A stretch of DNA of 63,761 nucleotides, filler included, from Aduncisulcus paluster (GCA_024181965.1; 5 parts of 5 records of this genome joined end to end with filler, not necessarily neighbours in it), one strand, 5' to 3'. Counted from the first letter of the whole stretch, positions 21,373 to 34,116 are shown. The notes: generated from the sequence alone by a model not told the origin. A program made the numbers and translations.

Positions 21373-21822
21373 ATGAAATTGTCGTTTGTTTTTATCGTAT
21401 TTGCGACATTATTGTGTTTTGCATTGGCTTCTTCACCGTGTGACACCTGTTCGAAGGGAACATGTACAATTACCTATTTTTCACAGACGTGTACTTGTTC
21501 ATGGTTGTACGCTCAGTGGTCTGATACCAACCTTCTATGTGATTCTGTTGTCGGATGGAAACTGGCACTGGTAATTGTAGGACCAATCGTTGTTGGAGGC
21601 ATCGTTGCTGTGGTAGTGGTCCAAAAGATAAAAAAGAAAGCAGCAGAGCCACTTATTTTATCTCCTGGAATGAGTCCATATTCAACATTTGACACACAAC
21701 CTGGTATGCCTGGTATGCCTGGAATGCCTGGTATGCCTGGACAACAGCCCGGACAACAACCTGGAATACCCGGACAACAACCTCAAGTATCAAATCAAAT
21801 GCCCACCTATATCAAGATGTAA
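21373..21822 (+). CDS. Small type-I membrane protein: signal peptide, 6-Cys EGF-like module, TM, PGM/PGQQ-repeat cytoplasmic tail
   Basis: MKLSFVFIVFATLLCFALA; C-xx-C-xxxx-C...CTC...C; LALVIVGPIVVGGIVAVVVV followed by KIKKK; (PGM)4(PGQQ)n. Confidence 0.85.
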   Translation: MKLSFVFIVFATLLCFALASSPCDTCSKGTCTITYFSQTCTCSWLYAQWSDTNLLCDSVVGWKLALVIVGPIVVGGIVAVVVVQKIKKKAAEPLILSPGMSPYSTFDTQPGMPGMPGMPGMPGQQPGQQPGIPGQQPQVSNQMPTYIKM

Positions 21823-22922
21823 TAATTCTGTGCCACAGAATTATAACTAACCACTGGCAGTGGTTATTATCTCAGTTTGTATCAAGCAAATCGCAAGATG
21901 ACGAGTTCAAGATCAACCTGTCCTGCTTCTCGCCCGGAAACGGTTGGCGAGCGAATTGGTCAACGGAATTCTATTGATGATATGAATTACAAAAAACGGA
22001 GTTTTATAGTTTTAAGGTTCAACCTGAAAAGTTTTCAACCACGCGATCAACCCTTATTTCAAAGGTCACCTTTGATCAACGGTCGGGGCATCTATTAATA
22101 CAACAAACAATCTCAACGGTTGGTCGATTTGAGCTAAACGCTGAGAAATAAAACTGTCTTCACGGATTTTTTGGCATTGCTAGACTGACCAGGTATATGA
22201 CTGAGGTCAAAAGAGCAGGTGGAGAACGGGAATTTAAAATATGCTGAAGTTCAGCCTGAATTGGCTGCCACCGGCAGCTCAGTGAGCCCCCGGATGAAAT
22301 TCTTGCGTTTTGGTTGGTATTAATGTGTGAGTATCATTTAATACCAAGCAAGTTCCATCTAAATGTCTTTTTATGTTATTTTATGACATGAATATTTTAT
22401 TATCGTTTTGAATACACCGAACATCATGTTTTAGATGATCTAAAACATCTCGATCATTTTGATTAGGGTTGAAAAAATTTCGATCTAATAAGGTAAAATT
22501 AATAATAACTTCATTGGTTATGAAATGCATAAGGAAAAAGTACTGTATTCTGTATTATTTAGAAACTGCCAGTTTCATATAATCTAGTGGATTATATTGT
22601 CGAATAATACAGTATTCCACTAATAATCAATATATGGATGATATTAGTTGTCGTGATTATGGCAAATCTATTGATACTATCGCAATTACGAATACATACA
22701 ACTCCTTCAAGTTGAAGTGACTTCACTCACAGATCTACAAGCTAGAATAATATACTATAATTATAATTTCAAGGGTATTAATAGAAAGATCTTTAAGTTC
22801 TCATTAATTAAGAATTTTAACGCATTGATTTTGATCTATCAAATGACTACATTTGAGTATGTGGTCATGGCATCAGTGATGAACAGAAATACTTATTTTT
22901 ATTCATTTCTTCATTTCTTCAT

Positions 22923-23496
22923 TTATTCATTTACTGATTCGTATTCATAAACTTCCTCTTCTACTTCTTCCTCTTCTACTTCTTCCTCTTCAAATTCTTC
23001 AGAGTCTCCTTCCTGATCTTGCTGGGAAACCGATTGATGAGATGGAATGGATGGTTTGATTTGTAATTCTTCTTTTTCTTGATGAGGTTTAGATTCAATC
23101 GATTTGGTCTCTAATTCTTTTTCTTGGATGAGTTTCTCTTCTTCTTTCTCTTCTTTCTCTTCTTTCTCTTCTTTCTCTTGTTTCTCTCTTTTTCTTTTCT
23201 CTTCTTCCTCTTCCTCTTCTCTCTCTTTCCTTCTCCTCTCTTCCTCTTCCTCTTCTTTTCTTCTTTTTTCTTCATTTTCTTTACGAATCTTAACTTTTTC
23301 TTCAACTTCAATACGCAATTTCTCGACCATTCTCTCCTTTTCATCGAGTTCCTTGGCTCTTTTCTCAAGTTCTTTGGCTCTTTCATCGAGCATTCGTTGT
23401 GTAATTTCTTGTTGACGAAGTCTCTCTTCTCTCTCTCTCTCTTCTCTCTCTCTCTCTTCCTCTTCTCTCTCTCTCTCTTCCTCTTCTTGCTTCTCT

Positions 23497-23528
<32 letters not shown>

Positions 23529-24208
23529 TTCCTCTTCCTCTTCTTCCTTCTCTTCTTCTTCTTCTTCTCTCTCTCTTCTTTCTCTTTTGTTTCTCTTTCT
23601 ACCTCTCTCTTGTTTTTCTTGCTTCTCTTTCTCAACTTCTAATTTTAGAGCAGATAAATGTCCCACTAAAGAAGGCTTGGGATAGTAATATGGAACATTT
23701 GTAGTTGTACAACTCTGATTCCCTTTCCTTTCTCTTTCTCTTTCTCTTTCTTCTTGAGTACAAGAATCTCTTACTGCATTAATAGCAGTACCATCAATAG
23801 CAGTAGACGCTTCAATAGAAGTTGAATCTCCATCTCTTCTTAAATATAAAGCAGAAGACAAGTGTTGAGTATCGTTGTCACAAGTTCTAGCTGAATACTC
23901 ATGCTCATAGTCTTCTATTTCTCTTTCTCTTTCTTCTCTTTCTTCTCTTTCTCCATGTTGGTATCTACTGAAGGAATGGTAGTAAGATGGATGTTGAGAA
24001 TGTTGTTGATTTGTTAAAAGAGAACTATCATAGATCGGAGCGAGAGAAGAAGAAGAAGAGTTGTTTGCATGATTTAAAGGAACAGAAGGCCTTGAATGAT
24101 GATGGTGAATGGGTTTATGTATAGCAAAAGATAGATTATCATTATCAGATCCTACTGAAGACAGGCCACGGAGTTGAGTCGAAGAAGAAGAAGAAGAAGA
24201 AGAAGAAG

Positions 24209-24239
<31 letters not shown>

Positions 24240-25622
24240 TCCAGGACCCATACTCATCATGGATTGTCTGAATCTTATCTCTCTGCGTTGTTTAATCTTA
24301 TTCATAATTGCACGACTTTTCTGCTTTGTTAGACTCAATCTATTGAAATATCCACGTTTCTCACTAATTCTATATTTAGAAGTTGTGACAGGGCTAGGTT
24401 TTGGCTGAGTATCATGCTGGTGGAGATGTGAATGAACAAATGAGTCAAGAGATGATTGTACTGGACGTCGTTGATCGTTAACATCACGATCATGATCTCT
24501 GATGTCTGGTTTTGAAGGGATAATTGTACTGCTATAACCACTACTATTATATCTGGATCTGAAAGGAGGAGTGGAAGAAGAACGTGTGGATTCAATTGGT
24601 TGTTGATAGCCACTAATAATATGTCCATGACCACGACTCCTGTCACCACCACGAGAAGAAGATGAAGAAGAAGAAGATGAAGAAGAAGAAGAAGAGGAAG
24701 ATCTTTGTTTACGAGGAGGTCGTTGAGGCCGGGCGACAACATCATACAATTGATCTGAGGGCTTACTTTGGCGTTTTATCGAGGATGATGAAATTATTGT
24801 CTTATCATAGAATGGCTGAGAATGTTCTTCAGGCCGGCTATAAATAGATTTATATCCAGATGATTGAGAAGATGGAGTTAATGATTGGTGTTTGGGAATA
24901 TCATCATCTTTTGAAGCTTGTATACCATGGTATTGGATACTAGAACTCTTATCTTTGGTCGGTGGTGAAGATTGGGGCAATTTAGAAGATTGGGGCAATT
25001 TAGAAGAATGAATGAAGGAGTTATCAAGCTCAAAAGAGTTTGGAACATCAATAAAATCATCATCATCAATTTCATCAGCAAGACGCATTCTATTGGATCT
25101 GGTACCTTCAAAGGACCCACGGCGTAAATGTAAATGATGAGGTGATGGCGCAAGCTCGTATAAATTCCCAATATCTTCACAATGAGGTTTCCATGAAGTT
25201 TTTTCGCCCGTAAGAGACTTTAGATGTTCAGTCATTGCTCTATCAGTTGTATTATATATTGATTGAGTTAGAGATAATTCAATTCGATCTTGAGTTGTTT
25301 CAGAGACAGGTCGGGCTCTTCCAGCAGATCTAGGACGAACTATTGAAGAAGACGGGGAAGATGCAGCAGCCATTGACCATGGTGCTTTGCGTCTAGCAGC
25401 CAAAGATGATGTAAGGAGTCTGGCGGCCGCCGTAGAACTCGACAAAGTGGGAGGTCGTAAAGATTGGAGAAATGACTCTGTTGATGGAGGAATCTCCTCT
25501 TCTTCTTTTAATTTTGGGGATTCTTTAACCTTAGAAGGTTGAGCTGACACTGATCTTCCCCTTGCTAAACGTGGAGTACCTCGTTTGTTTGGAAATGGGA
25601 ATAAGGCAGAATAAACTTGCAT
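22923..25622 (-). CDS. Hypothetical low-complexity protein with poly-Ser tracts and a long Glu/Arg/Lys coiled-coil or single-alpha-helix C-terminus
   Basis: 899-aa ATG-initiated ORF; (TCT)n poly-Ser at 24181-24238; ER/K-rich region 23120-23640. Confidence 0.85.
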
Positions 25623-25797
25623 AAGAAACCAATTTTAATATATATATACAGGGTATTTCAATATTTATAAAATGAATATTCCAAATTATTTCCACAACTT
25701 TTCGTAAGGACAAAAAATCGAAATTTTTTTAATTGCTGTAAAAATACATTTATTAAACAAAAATTAAAATGAAACTCAATGTTAATTGTTAAAATTA

Positions 25798-27039
25798 CTA
25801 AAATAAAACGCTCAATTTTTGGCTAAATTCTGTCCAATTTCGGAGATATCGACCAGCTTGACTATGTTTAATTGGTGTCGGAATAGAACCACAAGGATCA
25901 AGAAATTCCATTAAAATGGCCATTGTTATATCCTTATTTTTAGCTAGAATGGCCCCGGATTCATGAACTTTAGCTCTAACATGTTTTTTACCTAAAAGGG
26001 TATGAGATTTGCCAGGAATAACAGAAATTATATCTTTAATAGTAAATTCGCTTTTTAAATCCATACTATTCGATCGGACATGTACTGGATTCTTGTATAA
26101 CAAAGAATCACTAATTTGAACCCAATCGTGCAAAGATTCGTCTGAAAAAGATGAATAATGGCATACTATTCGCCCGTCAATGAATGTTCCAATAGATATA
26201 TTTACAACAGTGTCGCGGGGAGTGACAATCGCCGATGGAGTTGTGAAAGCAAAATGCATTACACAAGTTCGAATACTTTCAAACATATGGAGAGGATTTG
26301 GAGATTTCATCGGCTTAGATATGATTTTTGAAGCAATTAACATGGATATTCCATGCCCTTTGGGCGAGGAAGAGGGGGATTCGGATATTAAGACTGATGA
26401 AGTCATAATCGAGGTGGTGCTTTTGTGTTTCTGAGCTATTGTAGTTGTATCATCGATTAAATCAGTTTCAAAGAACGACGATGGAGAATGAAGCGAATAA
26501 AACGTGTCATCGTCGTCATCTTCTTGTTCTTCTTCTTCTTCCTGTTCATTTTCTTGGGAATCTTTTATGCATTCTTCGGGGGAGAATGGTGGAATATGCT
26601 GAAACGGATGTGAAACGGATGAATGTGACATAGATGGTCTTATTAATGCTTTTTTTTCTTTCTTTTTAGCTGCAATGGAGATTACTGATGGATCATCAAA
26701 AAGTTCTTTTGTTTTTGAAACACTAATTTTATCCTCAGATACTTCAGGACTATGATGAACACGACACTCTTTCTGGTATAAATATGAAAATGGAAGTATA
26801 ATGGAGTATAAAGAAAGATTATGGTCCCAAGAGAGCCGCTTATCTCCATTTATATAGTTTTCAAGGACAATTTGAGGGTGAACTGTAAACATAACTTCTC
26901 CTTTCACTCCAAATAATGGTTCTTTCGTAACAGAAATTGTTGTAATGGTATTAGCTTTCTTAACTTTCCACGGTAGGGACTCATTCATATGAATAACATG
27001 GAGAAGCTTTTTGGCGACAAGAATTCGCGAAAAGGTCAT
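25798..27039 (-). CDS. START (StAR-related lipid transfer) domain protein with a large low-complexity insertion
   Basis: W-K...VKGEVMFTVHPQIV...RLSWDHNL; IVTPRDTV; HVRAKVHESGAIL; LDPCGSIP are START hallmarks. Confidence 0.8.
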   Translation of the reverse strand: MTFSRILVAKKLLHVIHMNESLPWKVKKANTITTISVTKEPLFGVKGEVMFTVHPQIVLENYINGDKRLSWDHNLSLYSIILPFSYLYQKECRVHHSPEVSEDKISVSKTKELFDDPSVISIAAKKKEKKALIRPSMSHSSVSHPFQHIPPFSPEECIKDSQENEQEEEEEQEDDDDDTFYSLHSPSSFFETDLIDDTTTIAQKHKSTTSIMTSSVLISESPSSSPKGHGISMLIASKIISKPMKSPNPLHMFESIRTCVMHFAFTTPSAIVTPRDTVVNISIGTFIDGRIVCHYSSFSDESLHDWVQISDSLLYKNPVHVRSNSMDLKSEFTIKDIISVIPGKSHTLLGKKHVRAKVHESGAILAKNKDITMAILMEFLDPCGSIPTPIKHSQAGRYLRNWTEFSQKLSVLF

Positions 27040-27113
27040 TCAAATTACAATAACAATTATTATAAGTCAGTGGTCAATCGCTTGAAATCAATCAAATATT
27101 GGATAATGATGCG

Positions 27114-27477
27114 AAAATTAAAACGAAAGGTTCGCAGCGAAAGGATTCAATATTTCGATTTCTTTTCCGTGAAAATAACTTTAAATACATAAAAAAAGCA
27201 AAAAGATAAAAATATCAAAGATATTTGCTGAGAATTACACTCCAGAGAACAGAATACTCTTTTCCAACTAAAAAAATAAAATCCTNNNNNNNNNNNNNNN
27301 NNNNNAAAATTAAAACGAAAGGTTCGCAGCGAAAGGATTCAATATTTCGATTTCTTTTCCGTGAAAATAACTTTAAATACATAAAAAAAGCAAAAAGATA
27401 AAAATATCAAAGATATTTGCTGAGAATTACACTCCAGAGAACAGAATACTCTTTTCCAACTAAAAAAATAAAATCCT
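27114..27477. repeat. Gap-flank duplication (27114-27285 = 27306-27477), assembly overlap
   Basis: Exact copy either side of a 20-N gap. Confidence 0.9.
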
Positions 27478-27949
27478 TAATTCAAAAATGAAAAAATAAA
27501 AGAATATAAGGTGATATCATCCACAAATACGGTGAGTATACGAATAAATGGACGCAATCACACACACTATGAGCAGATAATGGATAAATCCATTCTTTCA
27601 AACCATATGAAGAATTCTTCAATGCAATCGAAGCAAAACACTTGATTTCACCAAAAAAATATGAGTTGAGAGTGTTGATCGCTCAAAAAACTAGAGAAAT
27701 GAAAAAGGATCTATTTTAAGAATGGTGGTATGGAGTCCTAATAATCAACTTAATAGAACTTCTTTAAAACGTAATACATTTAAAATGCAATTTTTAACAA
27801 AGACTATGGTTTTAAATTTTATTTTTCCTCTTAATTCTAGATTAAAAATTAGTCGCCACCATCATTCAACCAGAATCACGTTCAGTCTTTTTTGAACACT
27901 TGTTTGTGTTTTTGAGATTGTTCTCTCCTTCCTTCCTTTTTTGTGTAAT

Positions 27950-29701
27950 ATGGAACATTATCCTTCTCATAATTTCTTATTTCTTTATTCTTCTCCGGAT
28001 TTTCATCCTTCTTCTTGGGGAACTCCTTCAGAGGGACAACGACGCTTTTTATATGATCGTCTTGAAGTAGTTCGTTCCACTCTGAGTATTTTCAATATAA
28101 TTCCTTTCAGAATACAGCATTATTTCATTCCAATTGTGGGTACGTCAATGCACTGTATTCTATTAATTCGCCCCACTTATTATCGGTTATCTGACATTGA
28201 AAGTGACATTCTTGACACTACTGCCTTTCGGTATATGCACAAACAGTTGGGAGGACGTGAGTTTTTTATTTCAACTAAATTTATATCTGAGTTGTTTTAT
28301 TCTAGCTTTTTGTTTCATGTTCCATGTCAACTTATTCGCTCCGTTGCATCAGCTCATCATCGGCATTATTTTGTTGTCCGTTCCGACGATTCAACTTCTT
28401 CTAACGTAAAATCTCTGGTTATCGGTTTTAAATCGTTCGAGGAGGTCCAATCCTTCGAACGAGAGCTCGGACATGGTTCATACCGCCCATATGTTCATTC
28501 TTCTTCTTCTTCTTCACGCCCCTTTATTGAATCTCAGTATCCTTCAACCTCACCCCACTTTACTGCTCCTCTATTACCTTTATACTGTCAATATGATGGT
28601 TGTTCTTCTTCCTTTTCTCTCCATCATACCTCCCAGGCTATTGATCATATCAGATACCCATCATATCCAATCTCTCATCCCTCTCCCTCTCATCCCTCTT
28701 CTTCCTCTTCTTCCTCTCCCTTTTCTTCCCCTCTTGCCTTCAATCCAACTGTGTATCCTGATGTATTGCTATCTGCTTCTTCCCATCAGACTGTTTGTCC
28801 CCAGAACAATCCTATCAGAGTTACTGTAGATGATGCTGACTCTACTCTTCCTGCTTTATATCCTGGAACTGGAACTGGTCTCCCCGTCTCTGGTATTTCT
28901 AGTATCCATAATTATACTCATGGCAATGGTTTTATTTTATCAGGCTCTCTAACTTCTACTCCTTCTATATCTCCTTCCTCCTCTTCCTCTTCTTTTGTTA
29001 TTCCAAGACACCTTACCATGCCTCAAGCTTTTGTTGACCTTTCCTCTGTTGGCCTTTCCTCTGTTCCTTCAACTGCTGATCGAAGCATTCTTCGAATCTC
29101 AGGCCAAGGATCAGGTTATGGACACCAAGCACCAAGACACTCTCTTAAAGTCCAAGAGCCACATCAACAACCAGCCCCCCTCGTCCCATCTCATGGCATG
29201 CCTGGCCTAGGATTCTCCAGTTCTTCTGTTCTTCAACAACCTCCTCCCTTGCCCTCTTCTTCATTAGACGTGAAAATGATGACCAAACAGGGGGATATTG
29301 GTCGTGTCAATCCAATGTCTCAAAGCACTCCATTCATCGGAACATCTACTCCATTCATCGGAACAAGCACTCCCAATCTCTTCTCATCCCTCTCCGATAC
29401 GACAGATTCTGTGCATGGAAATGCCATGAACAATGTTCCTACCAATGCAATCATGCCCGAATTGTTCTATGACACTCAGACATCTGATCGTCAATGCGCA
29501 AGTTCATCTATTTTTAGAACACATGGAGTTGCAGATGAGTCGTTAGGTGTCAGTCGAAGTGAAGTTCTTATTCAACAGCATGGCTCAATCAGTGAAGAAA
29601 GTCCAAGTCCTGAAATTCTTCTTCCAAGGAGAAGTCTTCCGAGAGAAGTTGTTTATGATCACCATCAGCTATCAAAACCCAATGGAGATGGTGTTTTCTG
29701 A
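27950..29701 (+). CDS. Hypothetical protein with a ~180-aa globular N-terminus and a Ser/Pro-rich disordered C-terminus
   Basis: 583-aa ORF from ATG 27950; short STPFIGT duplication near 29327-29372. Confidence 0.8.
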   Translation: MEHYPSHNFLFLYSSPDFHPSSWGTPSEGQRRFLYDRLEVVRSTLSIFNIIPFRIQHYFIPIVGTSMHCILLIRPTYYRLSDIESDILDTTAFRYMHKQLGGREFFISTKFISELFYSSFLFHVPCQLIRSVASAHHRHYFVVRSDDSTSSNVKSLVIGFKSFEEVQSFERELGHGSYRPYVHSSSSSSRPFIESQYPSTSPHFTAPLLPLYCQYDGCSSSFSLHHTSQAIDHIRYPSYPISHPSPSHPSSSSSSSPFSSPLAFNPTVYPDVLLSASSHQTVCPQNNPIRVTVDDADSTLPALYPGTGTGLPVSGISSIHNYTHGNGFILSGSLTSTPSISPSSSSSSFVIPRHLTMPQAFVDLSSVGLSSVPSTADRSILRISGQGSGYGHQAPRHSLKVQEPHQQPAPLVPSHGMPGLGFSSSSVLQQPPPLPSSSLDVKMMTKQGDIGRVNPMSQSTPFIGTSTPFIGTSTPNLFSSLSDTTDSVHGNAMNNVPTNAIMPELFYDTQTSDRQCASSSIFRTHGVADESLGVSRSEVLIQQHGSISEESPSPEILLPRRSLPREVVYDHHQLSKPNGDGVF

Positions 29702-30817
29702 TATAGTTTTTACCTTATCTTATCTTATCTTATCTTTACTGACTTATATGTTCCTTTCTTTCTTTCTTCTATTTTCCAATCCACTGAATGCTATTTTTGT
29801 TGTTCTGCTCTGTTCTGTTCTGCTCTGTTCTGTTCCGATATCATTCTTATTAATCTACCTTGGAATATATATATGAACAATTTCAATTGAGATATTTTGT
29901 TTTTACTCCCACATTCGTTTATTATATTATATTATGTTTTATTTTATTTCTAGTTGTATAGTTTGTCATAGTTTTCTAAAAAAAAAAAATTATTAAAATT
30001 ATTGTAAAAGACAAAGATTCTAATTTTTATTTATTTATTTATTTATTTATTTTTAGTTATAGTTAATATTTCACGTTTTTATCGTCTTTGCCTTTTCAAA
30101 CAAAACAATTCATGAATATTGTATTGCACTTTCTCAAGTGAGTATATAAATATATTCGCGATTAATTTTATTTGTATTTTATTTCTAATTTCTGATTTTA
30201 AATAATTATTCACTTTCTCAACGTCTATTTTTAGATTTTTAGTAGTTGTCAGCACATCATACCTTCCTAGTTCTATTTTTTATTTTTATCTTAGTCAGTT
30301 TCCTCTTATGTTCTATTTTTAGTTTCACTGAGCAAACGTCTCTTTTCCTTCCTGTTTCCATCCTTCTAATCTACAAATTAATATCTTCCTCTGGTTCAAA
30401 ATATATTTATAATTTTAAAAACGACATTAATTTCTAATATCTTCTTTTTTATTTCCAATTTATTGTCAATAGAATAGTCTTCAAAATATTTTATTAATAG
30501 TTAATATAAATTGCCATTATTTTTCGTGACACTCTTTTTTATTAATATACTCTTAATAATAATAATTATTATTATTCTCCAAATTGAACCATCTTCTCTC
30601 AGAGAGAGAGGCTCTCTTCTTTTCTTATTATATGAATTTCTTCCCTTTTTGTTGCTATTTTTAGTGACAAAATAATTAAAATAGTCTATCTGAGATCTTA
30701 AGCTCAAAAAGTATTGATATTGTACTTCATTTTCTTTAACTAAATAATCCTTTTTTTCGGTTGTTTTGGCCAGGCTGGTTTATTTTCATTGCGACTAAAA
30801 TAATAGAATAAAACTCT

Positions 30818-31799
30818 ACGTGAAAAATCCTAAAAGTTTTAGGCCTAAAACGAACTCGGTTTGTTTATTTCTATTTAAATTTTAAATATTTTACAGTCCT
30901 TTTCAGGTAATATATTATTACCGTAATAAATTCTAATTCATGAATGATGCCCTTCCTTGACATTTTTTTCTTTTTCTTCTTTTTCGATTGTTTGCCAACC
31001 TTTGAGTTCTTTGAGAACAGTATTATGACAAATCGGACAACATATCATACCATAAAAGGCATATGAATGATCTTGATGACATTTTTGTGTGGATTTAAGT
31101 GCTGATTCATCACTTTTTCTTGATGAATGTACTGTGGAGGAGTATGCAAACATCAAAAAGTTTTTATTCATAAATTCAATCTGATATTATATTTGTAAAT
31201 TTGTTTCCATCCCATTTCTGCCCTTTTTTTGTGATAATTGATTCATATTTCTAAATGTCCAAATTTCCTTGGAAATGGATTGTTCATGCCAAGAATAATC
31301 AGATAAAAACGTGAAAAATCCTAAAAGTTTTAGGCCTAAAACGAACTCGGTTTGTTTATTTCTATTTAAATTTTAAATATTTTACAGTCCTTTTCAGGTA
31401 ATATATTATTACCGTAATAAATTCTAATTCATGAATGATGCCCTTCCTTGACATTTTTTTCTTTTTCTTCTTTTTCGATTGTTTGCCAACCTTTGAGTTC
31501 TTTGAGAACAGTATTATGACAAATCGGACAACATATCATACCATAAAAGGCATATGAATGATCTTGATGACATTTTTGTGTGGATTTAAGTGCTGATTCA
31601 TCACTTTTTCTTGATGAATGTACTGTGGAGGAGTATGCAAACATCAAAAAGTTTTTATTCATAAATTCAATCTGATATTATATTTGTAAATTTGTTTCCA
31701 TCCCATTTCTGCCCTTTTTTTGTGATAATTGATTCATATTTCTAAATGTCCAAATTTCCTTGGAAATGGATTGTTCATGCCAAGAATAATCAGATAAAA
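30818..31799. repeat. Exact 491-bp tandem duplication
   Basis: Identical minus-strand ORFs at 30938-31171 and 31429-31662 (offset 491); unit starts ACGTGAAAAATCCTAAAAG. Confidence 0.95.
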
Positions 31800-33504
31800 A
31801 TGGATATTATTTAATTGCAGAAATTAATACAATTGATAAAATTCATATTGTCCTCGATTTACAGACCGTTTCCTCAAATTTGGCTTCTTGCAGCGACAAT
31901 GAGCAGAAAATATGATTTTAAAATAAGTTTTCAGGAGTCCACTGATATTGCAACTCCTATATCACACTAATAATTTTATTTAAGATGGTCTGATCCAAAC
32001 TTCAAGAAATCTCTTTCATTTCGGCGGATGCACTAAAAAGACAGAAATAAAAAAGAGAAAAAAAGGCATTGAAGAGTATTAAAGGGTATATTAGGTGGTA
32101 ACAGACTGACTGCAGCAAGAAAAAGTTCCAGACAAACTTTGTCTGACAAAGGGGACTCTTATTGTATTCAGAATGCAGAATAGTACACCAAAAGGCAAAC
32201 TTTACCAAAAATAGTAATCAATAAAGGGAAAAGATTAGTGAACAAATGTCGGAGCGAGTGTATAACTAAAGAACCGACTCGGAGTCCTCGGACTCCTCGG
32301 AGGAGAAGAAAAGAAAGAATGAGTGATAGAGGTAATCAGAAGAAATTTCTGAAAAAGGCAGCAACAAAGACATATTAATGAGATGTAGCATCTCTTAATT
32401 CTTTCCTTATTCTTCCACATTCAGTGAGTCATCAACAAGGTTTGATCCGACTAAATTGTAAAGTTGTAAAATTTCAATATATATATATAATATTTATGTC
32501 AAAATAGATCAACCTGATTGGTTGATTTGTTCTTAAGGTGTTGTCATTCTCGATATTAAAGAAGACAGATTCCAAAGAATATGCAAAGGATAAACTACGC
32601 TGGCCAGGCTGGGGAATTAACTAATTAAGTCCAATAAACTTAAACATAACAACTTCTAACACATCATAGTCTCACCAATACAAGAAATGAAGCAATAAAA
32701 GCAGAATCTGTGTCGATCTTTGAATACATTTGAAATTGAAAAATCTTAAACAGAACTCTCAAAACTCATACAAGCTTGTGAAAGATGATATTATTTCAGA
32801 TCTTAGCTAACTTAGCTAATCGAAAGAAAATCGAAAGAAAATGGAAAGAAAATCGAAAGCTCTCAAAAATAAAGCCATGTTGGCAATATCTCCGAAAAAA
32901 AGTATTATTTTATCCCATTGTATCTCCAAGGATATGTCATGATGCCATCCAAATGGCGACTTTTCGATCCTTTGATGTCAACAACGGACAATTGCAATAC
33001 TATCCAAAATTTTATATCACACTATTCCAAATATTGTGCTTTCAAACGACGAACGCATGAACCTCGCAAAGCTCGTGTGCGACAGAATTTCAAACTAGAA
33101 ACTGGAAGTATCCAATATATAATATAATAAAAATATCAAAAATAAATAAAATGAATAAAATGCTGTGCAAAAATAATTTAAGCATGAAATATCCTTACTT
33201 CTGTCCACACCTCACACTGAAGCTGAAAGCCCAGCCCTTTTTCGTTACAACTACGAGAGAATCTTTTGTGTTCGGCCCGCTATTTCAGTATGTTTCCCCG
33301 ATTCATGAAAAATATTTCTGTTGCTTTTCCTTTCGTTCTTTTTCATTTATTATTATTCTCTTTGTTATTCCTCACCATCCTTCTATTTGCATTCCTAGTC
33401 TGCTGGTCAATCGCATCTTCATCATTCATTCGTTCGTAATTTGTACACTCTAAGACTATTTCTATCTTCCATTGGTTGGTTGCTTGTTTCTTCCGTTTTC
33501 TACA

Positions 33505-34116
33505 ATGGGCAAAGACAAATCTACATCTAAAGCTTCAAAGGGTTCAAAGGGTTCAAAGGGTTCAAAATCCTCGAAATCTGGGCACAAACGTAAACAAGAC
33601 GACAAGACTCTCACCTCTGCGTCAGCTCTAAGGTGCAGGTGTTTCTGTGGCAAAGGTGGGTTCGGTGCCGTTTACATTGTGAGTATTGACGGTGTTTCTC
33701 AACCATGTGTTCTGAAGAAACTGGTGCGAGTTGGTGATAAGAACGTGCTCAAAGCGTGTCGCAAGGAGTTCAAGGTCCAAGTGAAGCTGTTCATGAACCC
33801 CAAATGTTTCAACCGTATCCCTCGCCCCATCTACATGCTTGACCTTCTTGACGAGGACTACAGAGGTGTGTATGGGTTTTGCATGGAGTTTTGTATTGGA
33901 GGCAGTGTGAAAGACTTTTCCAGGAGTTGGTGTGTTGGAGGCAAGTATGGACGTGGCTGTTCAAGCTCCTCTGTTGAATCTGAAGACTCAAGCTCTGACT
34001 CTGACTCTGACTCTGACTCTGACTCAAGCTCTGATTCCGATTCAAGCTCCACTCGCATTGACCCCATGACTCTTGATCCTTTAAGACTTGGTGCATTGTG
34101 TGTTGGAATATGGATA
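33505..34116 (+). CDS. Protein kinase, paralog of the 11364-17435 kinase, 3' truncated by scaffold end
   Basis: GKGGFGAV...PCVLKK...CRKEFKVQ.KLF...NRIPRPIYMLDLLD...GFCMEFCIGGSVKDF...DPMTLDPL aligns with the first kinase; SD dipeptide insert. Confidence 0.92.

Noticed and set aside
23104..23642. Phe/Leu/Ser-rich and Lys/Arg-rich alternative ORFs (also 9299-10018 and 46136-46765)
   Set aside because: Shadow frames of GA-rich low-complexity coding sequence.
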